This document shows positions 48,278 to 58,602 of a stretch of 64,000 nucleotides of DNA, in pieces. The translations under genes and the position numbers were made by a program. This stretch comes from Taibaiella sp. (GTDB taxonomy: Bacteria > Bacteroidota > Bacteroidia > Chitinophagales > Chitinophagaceae). The notes below the pieces were generated by a model. That model had not been told where the DNA came from. It ran no database searches and saw nothing but the letters and a program-made list of their open reading frames with translations. Location: assembly GCA_019638495.1 (NCBI GenBank), contig JAHBTQ010000007.1:50757-114756 (forward strand). Reading direction: 5' to 3'. Within the stretch, counting starts at the first letter, position 1, and each line of letters opens with the position of its first letter.

Positions 48278-49540
48278 TTAAAGGACCACAGTCGGTGCAT
48301 GCCGCTCGGACGGTATGCGTGCTTCGCGTTTCAGGAAAAGTATTTCCAGTAGTACCACACACCATGCCAGTATGCAGGGTACGGCCTTGATGGTATATGG
48401 ATAGATAAGGGCTTTTCGCACGGGTGGCGGAAAGATGTCTGTAGTACTAAGGCTGGTGAATATGAAGACCACCAGGATCGTTACCAGCCGCCACGTGGCT
48501 TTTGGCCGGGCATAATACCAGATGCCGGCGCCTGCCACCGCTATTACAAAAGTGGGGGACTCAGCTTTATGATTGAAGATCACCACCCACAGCAACATGG
48601 AGGCGACCATCAGTATCTTGTAGACTTCATTCCGATATAGGTCCACCCGCACAAACTGGGCCAGGAATAGCAGCAGACCGCCAATGCTGACTGCTGACTT
48701 CACATTGTCCAGTCCAAACCATGTGTGCAGCCAGCCAGCGACCGATAATCCAGTAGCGGCAGCTGCATCTGCCTTCATCAGTGCGGCCCAGTTCAGATAC
48801 TGCCATACAAGCGTTGATGGCGAGGTCACCACCAAGGGCAGTATTGCAAAAAGTACCATCCAGATAGTACCCCAAAGGGCAAATTTTATCCGGTATTGCG
48901 GGTAAAACAGGAAGAGACAGAACCCGATAGCACCATAAACCTTTATGTAAACCGATAGCGCCAGCCAGAGTGTAGCCAGCATGGGCTTGCCCTTTTCCAT
49001 GCAGCCATAGGCAGCTATTACCAACCCACACATAAGGCCATTGCTCTGGTTGTTTTGCAGGCAGGTAAGCAGCTCCATGGCGGTGAGCCACATGAGCATG
49101 GCTTGGGTCTTATCCTTGAAGGGAAGTGTGCGTATAGCAAAGAAAACCGTGATGGCGTTGAGTATGTTCCAGATGCTAAGCCCAAGCATATCCGGGAAAT
49201 AGGACATGCTGCTCATGAGCAACGCAAAAGTGGGGCTGTACTTGTAAAAATCCCAGTGCTCATCGGGATACAGTCCGTACAGGTTTGTGCCATTGAGCAG
49301 GTGAAACCAGGAGTGCTTGAATATCTTGTAGTTGTTATACTCCGTGAGGTATTTGCCTATGAACAAGTTCATCTGCTCCGGGGTATTCATAATGTCATTC
49401 GGGAAGGTGCCCGGCTTGGGTGGGATGTACGGGTGTAACCCCAGCAAGACGTTCTGCACAGAGGCGCCGATAGCTGCCAGCACAAATACAAGCAATAAAA
49501 ACCTTGGATTGAGAACCAGCTTTACAATCTTATCCCACAT
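48278..49540 (-). CDS. Glycosyltransferase family 87 (DUF2029) membrane protein
   Basis: YNNYKIF, YKYSPTFAL, QSNGLM, IKVYG, NHKAESPTFVIA; multiple TMs; TACTTTTG box at 49560-49567. Confidence 0.85.
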   Translation of the reverse strand: MWDKIVKLVLNPRFLLLVFVLAAIGASVQNVLLGLHPYIPPKPGTFPNDIMNTPEQMNLFIGKYLTEYNNYKIFKHSWFHLLNGTNLYGLYPDEHWDFYKYSPTFALLMSSMSYFPDMLGLSIWNILNAITVFFAIRTLPFKDKTQAMLMWLTAMELLTCLQNNQSNGLMCGLVIAAYGCMEKGKPMLATLWLALSVYIKVYGAIGFCLFLFYPQYRIKFALWGTIWMVLFAILPLVVTSPSTLVWQYLNWAALMKADAAAATGLSVAGWLHTWFGLDNVKSAVSIGGLLLFLAQFVRVDLYRNEVYKILMVASMLLWVVIFNHKAESPTFVIAVAGAGIWYYARPKATWRLVTILVVFIFTSLSTTDIFPPPVRKALIYPYTIKAVPCILAWCVVLLEILFLKREARIPSERHAPTVVL

Positions 49541-49608
49541 GGACAGGCGAATGAGTGCCCAAAAGTACTGTTAAGGGGGGATATGTGCAATGGAGTGCCC
49601 CGCCTGTA

Positions 49609-50403
49609 TTATTCCGCACCCGGCGTATTCCTTATTACCCTCAATATATCCTTGTGTATCAGACCGTTGGTAGCCAGGGTCTGCTTGTCGAAGACGTTGC
49701 CGATCTTTCCTTCGAAGTCAGTGATGGTGCCGCCTGCCTCCAGCACCATCAGGTAGCCGGCTGCTACGTCCCATGCGCTGAGGTTGTATTCCCAAAAGCC
49801 GTCGAACCTGCCACAGGCCACCCAGCACAGGTCTATTGCCGCAGAGCCCAGGCGGCGAATGGGAAGACCTTGCAGCACCATGCGCTCAAACACCATTACC
49901 GGGTGTTCCAGGCTGGTCTCTGGCCATTTATATGGGAAGCCCGTTACGAGGAACGCTGTTTTGAAGTCGCTCTTCTTAGAAACGTGTATCGGTTGGCCAT
50001 TCAGCGTGGCGCCTTTACCCTTTTCAGCATAAAAGAACTCGTTCATCATTGGGTTGTACACCGCACCCATTAGAACGCTGCCCTTGTACGTCAGACCTAT
50101 GCTGACGCAGCAAAGCGGTATGCCATGTGCAAAGTTTACGGTGCCGTCTATGGGGTCTATTATCCATTGGTAGTCGCTCACCTGCACATTCATGCCGGTT
50201 TCTTCGCCTATTATGCTATGGTCAGGAAATGCCTTTGTAATGATCTCAATGATCTTGGCTTCCGCCAGTTTGTCTACCTCTGTAACCAGGTTGTTGATGC
50301 CTTCCTTGTGGTCTATATCGAAAGTGCCTCCAAAGTAGCTAAGAATAATTCCGCCCGCTTCATGCGTGGCTTCAAGCAATACTTTTTTCAGTTCTTTCGT
50401 CAT
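49609..50403 (-). CDS. suhB: Inositol monophosphatase family protein (SuhB-like)
   Basis: NLVTEVDK, GEE, WIIDPIDGTVNFAHG, RRLGSAAIDL, WDVAAG. Confidence 0.9.
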   Translation of the reverse strand: MTKELKKVLLEATHEAGGIILSYFGGTFDIDHKEGINNLVTEVDKLAEAKIIEIITKAFPDHSIIGEETGMNVQVSDYQWIIDPIDGTVNFAHGIPLCCVSIGLTYKGSVLMGAVYNPMMNEFFYAEKGKGATLNGQPIHVSKKSDFKTAFLVTGFPYKWPETSLEHPVMVFERMVLQGLPIRRLGSAAIDLCWVACGRFDGFWEYNLSAWDVAAGYLMVLEAGGTITDFEGKIGNVFDKQTLATNGLIHKDILRVIRNTPGAE

Positions 50404-50407
50404 GTTC

Positions 50408-51853
50408 TCACAGTTTTAGTTCCTTGCCCAGGTAGTAGTCTATCACCTTAAGCTTGAAGATGAGGTCATATTTTGCGCTCACCATATTAGCCGCAGCTAC
50501 GTAGGCGGTATTACGGGTTACCAGCAGGTCTACTGTACTGGTGAGACCCAGGTCATAGCGCTTCTGGGCAAAATCTACAGCGCGTTTTGCAGCATCGTCT
50601 GCACGTTTTGCGGCATTGTACTTCTGTATGCTGTTCAGCGCATTGTTGTGGGCCTTGTATACATTTTGTTTCAGCGTCAGCTCTGCATTATATTCATTAA
50701 GCCGCTGCGTGGCAAGGTTTATCTTAGCCTGCTTCACTGCATATTGCGATTGCCAACCGTTGAATAGGGGCATATTGAGGCTCAGGAACATGGTTTGCCT
50801 GAAGTTGTTGCTAAGCTGGTCATTGAATGGTGTGCTCACTACATTGGGTATCGACGTACGCTGATATACATAAAGTGGTGTGCTGCCATTTAATACATAG
50901 GCACTTGATTGTAGCGTAGTATCGGTGTAGCCGGAAATGTTCTTGTAGTTGCTGGCAAAGTTGGATCCGGCCTGGTAGCTTACACTTATTTGGGGGTACC
51001 TGGCAGCATTGGCCGCTTTCAATCCTTTTTCTGCACTTTCTACCCTCATCTGGCTGGCTTTGATGGCACCGAATAGTGTACGTGCCTTGTCAAAAACCGC
51101 TTCCGGCGGAGTGCTCATTACTAGCATCTGGTCGGTAGGCTTCACGTCCGGCGCCTGTATGCTGAATGGTTCATTGAAGTCAAGGTTCAGAAGCGTCTTA
51201 AGGTCTAATATGGCTGAGTTGTAATTGGCAATTGCATTGATGAGGTTGGCACTGTCTGATGCCAGCTGCGACTCGAGCTGTGCAACATTCAGTTCAGGCA
51301 GGCGACCGGCTTCAGCAAAGGCTCTTGTCTGGTCTAGCTGAGCAGCTGAGAGCGATACCTGGTTCTTGCTGATGTTTACCTGCTCCTGTGCCAGTAGTGC
51401 CACGAGATAACCATTGGCCACATTGAGCGAAATATCATTGCGACGTTGATCCAGGTCGGCAAGGCTGGCTTCGAGGGCAAACTTGTTACGTTCTATGGTG
51501 TTGCGCACCTGCAGCCAGCCAAAAAGCAGCGCCTGGGCGGTACCGCTTGGTCCCATGAAAGTATAAGCCTGGTTCTCAAACTGGTTGGTAGTAGGGTTAA
51601 TGGAGCGACCGGAGCTCTTACCATAGTTCAGCGAAGTGTTTACTGATGGTAGCTGAGATAGCTGGCTTTGCAGCAGGGTATAGCGTGCCATGCGTGCATT
51701 GAGCGAGTCCTGCTTTATCATGATGTTGTGCTCAACGGCATACTGCACGCACCGCTGTAGCGGCCATACATTATCCATATTTGCCTGCTGGGCATAGCCG
51801 GCAGGTACACAAAACCCAACAAAAAAGAGGAACAGGGCCGTAAAAAACCGCAT
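50408..51853 (-). CDS. TolC family outer-membrane protein
   Basis: Signal peptide at ATG 51853 (TACTTTTG box 4 nt upstream), LQRCVQYAVEHN, two OEP repeats. Confidence 0.9.
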   Translation of the reverse strand: MRFFTALFLFFVGFCVPAGYAQQANMDNVWPLQRCVQYAVEHNIMIKQDSLNARMARYTLLQSQLSQLPSVNTSLNYGKSSGRSINPTTNQFENQAYTFMGPSGTAQALLFGWLQVRNTIERNKFALEASLADLDQRRNDISLNVANGYLVALLAQEQVNISKNQVSLSAAQLDQTRAFAEAGRLPELNVAQLESQLASDSANLINAIANYNSAILDLKTLLNLDFNEPFSIQAPDVKPTDQMLVMSTPPEAVFDKARTLFGAIKASQMRVESAEKGLKAANAARYPQISVSYQAGSNFASNYKNISGYTDTTLQSSAYVLNGSTPLYVYQRTSIPNVVSTPFNDQLSNNFRQTMFLSLNMPLFNGWQSQYAVKQAKINLATQRLNEYNAELTLKQNVYKAHNNALNSIQKYNAAKRADDAAKRAVDFAQKRYDLGLTSTVDLLVTRNTAYVAAANMVSAKYDLIFKLKVIDYYLGKELKL

Positions 51854-52122
51854 AGAACAAAAGTAGGAGAAAAAAGGACAATGTAGCGGTGGGGGATAGC
51901 GCATCTTGCTACTACAATTAGCAGCAGTCATTGTTCGATCTTTCGGTGAGCTCAATATAAACTCAGGCTCACCATGACATACTACTATTAGGTATGCCAT
52001 TCCGTCCTCAATTTCTTTAATCACAGGCCATTATGTCTGCCGTTTTTCAATTTATATGACAATATTTCCGAATAATAAGTTTGGAACGCTTTTTATAGGT
52101 AATAGGGAAAAGACGCTGACAG

Positions 52123-54729
52123 ATGAACATGAATAACTTCACCATAAAGGCCCAGGAGATTGTGCAGCAGGCACAGCAACTGGCATTTAACCACCAGAAC
52201 CCTTCTATTGAAACGGCACACTTCCTCAAAGCACTTATTGACGATGCAGAGGGACCAGTGCAGTACCTGCTTAAAAAGAACAATGTAAACATTAACCACC
52301 TGGAAGGTAAGCTGGCTGAATTGCTGAAACGCCTGCCTACTATACAGGGTGGTGAGCCCGCTCAAAATTTGAGCAGGGAAGCAAATAATGCACTGCTTCG
52401 CATGCCAGGTGTACTAAAGACATTTGGCGACGAATTTGTGACGCAGGAGCATATGCTGATAGCATTGTTGCAGCAGAATGACGACACCGCTAAACTGCTG
52501 AAAGATGCCGGGCTGACTGAAAAGGACCTGGTAGCAGCTATCAAGGAACTGCGAAAGGGCAGCACTGTGAATTCCCAAACAAGCGACCAGCAGTACAACT
52601 CGCTGCAGCGATATGCGAAGAACCTGAATGAACTGGCACGCGCAGGCAAGCTGGACCCGGTAATTGGTCGAGATGAGGAAATACGCCGCACACTGCACAT
52701 ACTGAGCCGCAGGTCTAAGAACAACCCGATACTAGTGGGTGAGCCCGGCGTGGGTAAGACTGCAATTGTGGAAGGCCTTGCACACCGTATTATTAACGGT
52801 GATGTGCCGGATAACCTGAAGAGCAAGATCATTTACGCGCTGGACATGGGCGCACTGATGGCTGGTGCCAAATATCGCGGCGAGTTTGAAGAAAGACTGA
52901 AGGCAGTAATAAAGGAGGTAACAGAAAGTGACGGAGCAGTAATACTCTTCATAGACGAGATACACACGCTGATAGGTGCGGGTGCTATGGAGGGAGCAAT
53001 GGACGCGGCCAACATACTGAAGCCGGCCCTTGCCCGCGGTGAGCTGCGTGCCATCGGCGCAACAACGTTAAACGAGTTTCAGAAATACTTTGAAAAAGAC
53101 AAGGCGCTGGAGCGCAGGTTCCAGAAGGTATTTGTTGATGAGCCAACGCCGGAAGATGCTATATCCATTTTGCGTGGTCTTAAAGACCGCTATGAGAGCC
53201 ACCACCAGGTGCGCATAAAGGACGAAGCGATCATAGCGGCGGTAGAACTATCGAACCGCTACATCACAGATCGTTTCCTGCCCGACAAGGCTATAGACCT
53301 CATAGATGAAAGCGCAGCAAAATTGAAGCTGGAGCTGAACTCTATGCCCGAAGAACTGGATGAACTGGAGCGCCGTATACGCCAACTGGAGATAGAACGC
53401 GAAGCGATAAAGCGCGAGAATGATGCAGAAAAGCTTCGTGAGCTGGGCCAGGAGATAAGCATGCTCACCGAGGAGCGCGATACGCTGAAGGCTAAGTGGG
53501 CAGAGGAAAAGGAAATTGTAGACAAAATAAACCACGCTAAGACAGCCATAGAACACCTGAAGCTGGAAGCTGAACAGGCAGAGCGCGAGGGGAACTATGG
53601 TCGTGTGGCAGAGATAAGGTATGGCAAGGTGCAGGAGCAGGAGGCTATCATTGATACGCTATCCAAGCAACTGGACGAGATGAGCAGTCAGCATAAGCGC
53701 TTGCTGAAAGAAGAAGTAGATGCGGAAGATATAGCCGAAAATGTAGCCAAGGCTACGGGTATACCCGTGCAGCGCATGATGCAGAGCGAACGTGAGAAGC
53801 TGCTGAACCTGGAAGACGAGCTGCACAAGCGTGTGGTGGGCCAGGAGGAGGCGATAACTGCAGTGGCAGACGCCATCCGCCGTGGGCGTGCCGGTCTGCA
53901 AGACCCACGCAAGCCCATCGGTTCGTTCATATTCCTGGGTACTACAGGTGTGGGTAAGACAGAGCTGGCTAAGGCGCTCGCCGAGGTGCTCTTTGACGAC
54001 GACAGCATGATGACGCGCATAGACATGAGTGAGTACCAGGAAAAGCATAGTGTGAGCCGGCTGGTAGGTGCGCCTCCGGGATATGTAGGCTATGACGAAG
54101 GTGGACAGCTTACAGAGGCGGTGCGTCGCAAACCATATAGCGTAGTGCTGCTGGACGAAATAGAAAAGGCACATCCGGATGTGACTAACATATTGCTGCA
54201 GGTGCTGGACGATGGCCGCCTTACGGATAACAAAGGCCGTGTGGTGAACTTTAAGAACACCATATTGATAATGACCAGCAACATGGGCAGCCACATCATC
54301 CAAGAGAATTTTGCTGAACTGGAAGGGAAGAACATAGATGCTGTAGTAGAGGCCACCCGCGAGCAGGTAATGGAACTGCTGAGGCAAACGCTGAGGCCCG
54401 AGTTCCTGAACAGGATAGACGATATCATCATGTTCCACCCACTGATGCGGAAAGAGATTAAGGGTATAATCCGTATCCAACTACAGGGTCTGCAAAAGCA
54501 ACTGATGGAACAGGGAATACACCTGGATTTTACCGACTACGCGCTGGATTACTTGTCACAGCGAGGGTTTGACCCACAGTTTGGTGCCCGCCCGCTGAAG
54601 AGGCTTATTCAAAAGGACATCATAAATCTGCTGAGCAAGAAAATTATAGCAGGTGAAATAGATAAGACGAGGCCGGTATTGATAGATGTGTTTGACGGCG
54701 TAGTGGCAATAAGGAATGAAGGAGCATAA
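52123..54729 (+). CDS. clpB: ATP-dependent chaperone ClpB
   Basis: [14 protein letters not shown], two Walker A motifs ([16 protein letters not shown]), M-domain coiled coil, GAPPGYVGY. Confidence 0.98.
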   Translation: MNMNNFTIKAQEIVQQAQQLAFNHQNPSIETAHFLKALIDDAEGPVQYLLKKNNVNINHLEGKLAELLKRLPTIQGGEPAQNLSREANNALLRMPGVLKTFGDEFVTQEHMLIALLQQNDDTAKLLKDAGLTEKDLVAAIKELRKGSTVNSQTSDQQYNSLQRYAKNLNELARAGKLDPVIGRDEEIRRTLHILSRRSKNNPILVGEPGVGKTAIVEGLAHRIINGDVPDNLKSKIIYALDMGALMAGAKYRGEFEERLKAVIKEVTESDGAVILFIDEIHTLIGAGAMEGAMDAANILKPALARGELRAIGATTLNEFQKYFEKDKALERRFQKVFVDEPTPEDAISILRGLKDRYESHHQVRIKDEAIIAAVELSNRYITDRFLPDKAIDLIDESAAKLKLELNSMPEELDELERRIRQLEIEREAIKRENDAEKLRELGQEISMLTEERDTLKAKWAEEKEIVDKINHAKTAIEHLKLEAEQAEREGNYGRVAEIRYGKVQEQEAIIDTLSKQLDEMSSQHKRLLKEEVDAEDIAENVAKATGIPVQRMMQSEREKLLNLEDELHKRVVGQEEAITAVADAIRRGRAGLQDPRKPIGSFIFLGTTGVGKTELAKALAEVLFDDDSMMTRIDMSEYQEKHSVSRLVGAPPGYVGYDEGGQLTEAVRRKPYSVVLLDEIEKAHPDVTNILLQVLDDGRLTDNKGRVVNFKNTILIMTSNMGSHIIQENFAELEGKNIDAVVEATREQVMELLRQTLRPEFLNRIDDIIMFHPLMRKEIKGIIRIQLQGLQKQLMEQGIHLDFTDYALDYLSQRGFDPQFGARPLKRLIQKDIINLLSKKIIAGEIDKTRPVLIDVFDGVVAIRNEGA

Positions 54730-54841
54730 AGTGGAAGCGGAGGAAGAGAGCGGAGAGTGATAGGGTGAGTGAGGGTGTGAATGCGAGTGGAGAGAAGGAG
54801 TGAGACAGCGAGAGGGAAGTGAACATGGTCGACAAACAAAT

Positions 54842-54868
54842 AAGCCGGAATAATATCCGGCTTTTTGT
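54842..54868 (+). terminator. clpB terminator
   Basis: AAGCCGGA-ataata-TCCGGCTT followed by a T-run. Confidence 0.8.
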
Positions 54869-55194
54869 TTGAGAATAATATTAATCCAAAATTAATAATC
54901 CGTGCGACTACACTAACATTGATGGTCGATGGCCGGATAGTCACAAAAAATTTACAAGAATTTCATAAAGGAAAGTAAAAAGTGGCACAGATATTGCTTT
55001 GTCTTAGGCAACAACATGCAGCCCTTATCTTCCCTATTCCTTTGCCTTCACTATGACTATCGAAAATGAAAAGAGTGGTGCTTTTACACAACTTAAGTTT
55101 TTCGACTGATTGGCTTGCTGGAGTGTAGCTATTATGATAGCAAAACCCGCGGTGCAATGCCCGGATCTCTTTTTTGGTCGTGTATCAAAAGAGA

Positions 55195-55220
55195 ATCCCG
55201 CATCTGCCGACGCGGGATTA
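55195..55220 (-). terminator. dapA terminator
   Basis: AATCCCGC / GCGGGATT stem; T-rich sequence follows on the minus strand. Confidence 0.65.
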
Positions 55221-55241
55221 CACTCTTACAATTACTCCCTA

Positions 55242-56123
55242 TTATAATGTCTTCAGGAACTCTATTATCTTCTTTTCCGTGCCCTCACTAACCGGCACCA
55301 GTGGCAGGCGTAGATGCTGCTGGCAAAGGTTCATATGTTTCAGCACGCACTTTACGCCGGCTGGGTTTCCCTCCGCGAAAAGCAGATCAATGCCCGGTAG
55401 GATCTTATAAAAGGTCCTCCGAGCTTTGTCAAACTTGCCTACGATAGCGAGGTTAATGATGTCTGTCATTTCCTTGGTGAAGCAATTTGCTGCTACAGAA
55501 ATGATACCCTCCATGCCTATGGCCATTTGGGCCAGGGCCAGGTTGTCGTCTCCGGACAGGACTGTGAAGTTGTCGGGCTTATCCTGTATCAGCTCCATGC
55601 ACTGCACCAGGTTACCACTGGCTTCCTTAATAGCAACGATATTCTTAAAGTCTTTTGCCAGCCTGATAGCTGTAGCCGGTAGCAGATTTCCACCTGTGCG
55701 GCCAGGAACATTGTAAAGGATTATAGGCTTATTCGTTGCCTCCGCTATTGCCTTGAAGTGCTGATATAGGCCTTCCTGGCTGGGCTTGTTATAATAGGGA
55801 GTAACACTAAGCAGGGCGTCAACACCTTTAAGGTCAAAATCTTTCAGATTTTGCAGCACCTCGGCGGTATTATTTCCTCCCAGGCCACAAACCACGGGGA
55901 CTTTCCTTTCATTGTATTTAACGATCGCCGATAGTACTTCCTGCTTTTCTGCGGCAGAAAGTGTTGGCGTTTCTGCAGTGGTGCCAAGCGCTACCAAAAA
56001 ATCGACACCGCCTTTTATTACATGCGATACGAGAGATCCGAGGGCAGGAAAGTCTACTTTCCCGTCCTGCTGAAAGGGTGTGATCAGCGCTACACCCGTT
56101 CCTTTGAATTGTTGATAAGCCAT
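55242..56123 (-). CDS. dapA: 4-hydroxy-tetrahydrodipicolinate synthase
   Basis: GTGVALITPF, LGTTAE, PYYNKPSQEG, LYNVPGRTG, IKEASG, LSGDD. Confidence 0.97.
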   Translation of the reverse strand: MAYQQFKGTGVALITPFQQDGKVDFPALGSLVSHVIKGGVDFLVALGTTAETPTLSAAEKQEVLSAIVKYNERKVPVVCGLGGNNTAEVLQNLKDFDLKGVDALLSVTPYYNKPSQEGLYQHFKAIAEATNKPIILYNVPGRTGGNLLPATAIRLAKDFKNIVAIKEASGNLVQCMELIQDKPDNFTVLSGDDNLALAQMAIGMEGIISVAANCFTKEMTDIINLAIVGKFDKARRTFYKILPGIDLLFAEGNPAGVKCVLKHMNLCQQHLRLPLVPVSEGTEKKIIEFLKTL

Positions 56124-56400
56124 TTTTTTGGTATTTATGATAGTGTAATTAGTGGGCGTTTTGGCGGTTCAAAACAAGGGGTAGAGTCAAATTCTGAAAT
56201 AATATTTATGATCCTTTTTCGATAGGGAAGTGGATGTCTGATTCGTATTAGTAAATTACTATGTAAAGATAGCAAATACACTAATAGAATGCAAATTTCA
56301 TGAGTTAATACCTATATATAAAATTGATTATTCTATATAAATGCAATAACTATAATGTGAATTGGCCTTTTGCTAAAAGCCAGAGGGTAGCGCATAGGTA

Positions 56401-57354
56401 CTATACTTCCTCGTAAAATCCCATCTTCGAAAACTTCTCTATCCTGTCCAGAATTCTTTGTTCTGAAGGGATCTTATTGAGTGTTGTGAGTGTAGTGGTC
56501 AGATATTTCTTCAGAGTGGCTGCCATAGCTTGTGGGTCGGTGTGAGCGCCGCCAAATGGCTCGGGTATCACATCATCCACCAGCCCAAAGCCGCTCATGT
56601 CCTTAGATGTTAGCTTCAATTGTTCCGCTGCCTTCTCCTTAAAGTTCCAGCTGCGCCACAGGATAGATGAGCAGGATTCCGGGGATATTACCGTATACCA
56701 TGTGTTCTCGAGCATTGTAACCCTGTCGCCAATGCCTATTCCCAGTGCACCACCTGACGCACCCTCCCCGATAATAACGCAAATTACCGGCACTTTCAGG
56801 TTCACCATCTCGAAGAGATTGCGCGCAATTGCCTCGCCCTGTCCACGTTCTTCTGCTTCAAGGCCTGGGTATGCGCCCGGAGTATCAATGAAAGTGATAA
56901 TTGGTCTATTGAACTTCTCTGCCATTTTCATGAGGCGCAGCGCCTTTCGATAGCCCTCAGGGTTTGCCATGCCGAAGTTGCGAAGTTGGCGCATCTTGGT
57001 ATTGGTGCCTTTCTGCTGGCCCATTACCATTACCGGCTGCCCATCTAATTCGGCCATGCCGCCCACCATCGCTTTGTCGTCTTTCACTTGCCTGTCGCCA
57101 AACAGTTCTGTAAAGTTTTGGAATATTTGCTCAATGTAAAAGAGCGTATAGGGACGTTCGGGGTGGCGGCTCAGCTGAACGCGCTGCCATGGGGTAAGGT
57201 TCTCGTAAATCCTTTTCTTAGTAGTTTCTATTGTAGCCTCCAATTCCTTTATGGGGTTGGCCATATCCACTTTATTCTTCGCAGACATCTCTTTTAGCTT
57301 TGCTATCTGGCTGTAGAGATCTTCAAGGGGCTTTTCAAAATCAAGAAACAACAT
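56401..57354 (-). CDS. accA: Acetyl-CoA carboxylase carboxyltransferase alpha subunit
   Basis: [48 protein letters not shown]. Confidence 0.98.
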   Translation of the reverse strand: MLFLDFEKPLEDLYSQIAKLKEMSAKNKVDMANPIKELEATIETTKKRIYENLTPWQRVQLSRHPERPYTLFYIEQIFQNFTELFGDRQVKDDKAMVGGMAELDGQPVMVMGQQKGTNTKMRQLRNFGMANPEGYRKALRLMKMAEKFNRPIITFIDTPGAYPGLEAEERGQGEAIARNLFEMVNLKVPVICVIIGEGASGGALGIGIGDRVTMLENTWYTVISPESCSSILWRSWNFKEKAAEQLKLTSKDMSGFGLVDDVIPEPFGGAHTDPQAMAATLKKYLTTTLTTLNKIPSEQRILDRIEKFSKMGFYEEV

Positions 57355-57449
57355 AATGCGTTCGCTTTTACAGGATACAAATGTAGCGGTTTGCGCAGGA
57401 ACTACGCAATATATAGTAAGGGGTATATTTGTTAAGTGGGTAATGAGCC

Positions 57450-57950
57450 TTACTGGTTAAGGTTTACGCCGGAATAGAATCCCAGGTCATGGTTTTTCAG
57501 CAGCTTGGTATGCATGGCAATCTGTCCTGTGTGATATGATAAGTGTTCCGTAACGTGTATCACCGCGCCAATGCCCGTCATTGTAAATCCCTGCACCGTA
57601 CGGGTGCGAAGTAGCTCCTCTTCGGTAGTATTTGCGATGATGGAAGTAGCATCTGCGATCGTTTGTGAGAATTTCCGCAACAGGTCGATCTTTGAGTGAC
57701 TCCGGTGGGCGGCGAATTCCGTGTCGCGCTCCCGCGTGTAGGGTTGATGGCCGAGGGACATGATGATATACTGGCTGATGTTGCCGCAAAGATGCAAAAC
57801 GAGATTGGCTACCGGCGAGAGATGTTCGTTTTGCCGGTGCCAAAGCTCTTCTTCAGAAAGGTCTTGGACACATTTTGATACCCGGTCTGCACTCTCAGTG
57901 ATGCGCAGCAGGCATTCTTCCTTAAAACCGGTGCAGAAATCTGTCTCCAT
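57450..57950 (-). CDS. DinB superfamily protein (DUF1572-like)
   Basis: [34 protein letters not shown]. Confidence 0.85.
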   Translation of the reverse strand: METDFCTGFKEECLLRITESADRVSKCVQDLSEEELWHRQNEHLSPVANLVLHLCGNISQYIIMSLGHQPYTRERDTEFAAHRSHSKIDLLRKFSQTIADATSIIANTTEEELLRTRTVQGFTMTGIGAVIHVTEHLSYHTGQIAMHTKLLKNHDLGFYSGVNLNQ

Positions 57951-58010
57951 ATGTTTTTCTGCAAGGTACTAATCCGCTAGCGACTAAAAGGCAGCACTAC
58001 GAATTGTGGC

Positions 58011-58442
58011 GTGCAGTACATTTACATGGTGAATTGGAAATTGCTCCTTTCCCTGACGCCGGTAGGCATGTTGATGGGCGTGCTGACGCTATACTTTATA
58101 CCCGGCAGGTATGAGGCGGTGATAGGCACTCCTTCCTTCATATTTTGTGCCTGGTTCATCGGCCGGTATGCGCCTGCGCGTCACTTTCTTCACGGCTTTT
58201 TGCTGGGACTGGTAAACTCAGCAATTGTAACGTCCATACACGTAGCTTTTGTAGGCACCTACCTTTCCCACCACGCTTTTGATGCTATGCAGTTTGAGAA
58301 GATGCACCGCGAGTCGGGTGCCACGCCGCAGCAGGCTATGGTGCTGCTGGGAGTTGTGGTGGCGCTGATAGCCGGGGTGGTGCAGGGGCTTTTTTCGCTC
58401 ATTGGCCGTAAGACAGTTCGTACACTCGGTGGCGAGCGATAG
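58011..58442 (+). CDS. Hypothetical 4-TM membrane protein
   Basis: Four hydrophobic segments; start codon uncertain (58011 or 58026). Confidence 0.65.
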   Translation: MQYIYMVNWKLLLSLTPVGMLMGVLTLYFIPGRYEAVIGTPSFIFCAWFIGRYAPARHFLHGFLLGLVNSAIVTSIHVAFVGTYLSHHAFDAMQFEKMHRESGATPQQAMVLLGVVVALIAGVVQGLFSLIGRKTVRTLGGER

Positions 58443-58602
58443 GCGCGCCTCGCATCTTTTCTTCTTGTCAATGTTTCCAACGTCAACAATATTTTGTAGT
58501 ATTACTATACGATAGCAACGGTTCTTTTTTGTAGACGCGTGTGACGCCAAAAGCCAGGATTTGAGTAGTGCAGTATTGTTTCACTCTAATGCCCAGGTAT
58601 AT

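Noticed and set aside
53659-54480. 273-aa ORF antisense to clpB
   Set aside because: Shadow ORF; such antisense frames are common over clpB.
54870-55190. Possible tRNA or ncRNA between the clpB and dapA terminators
   Set aside because: No cloverleaf, T-loop (GTTCGA) or convincing promoter-terminator pair was found; only ORFs of about 20 codons.
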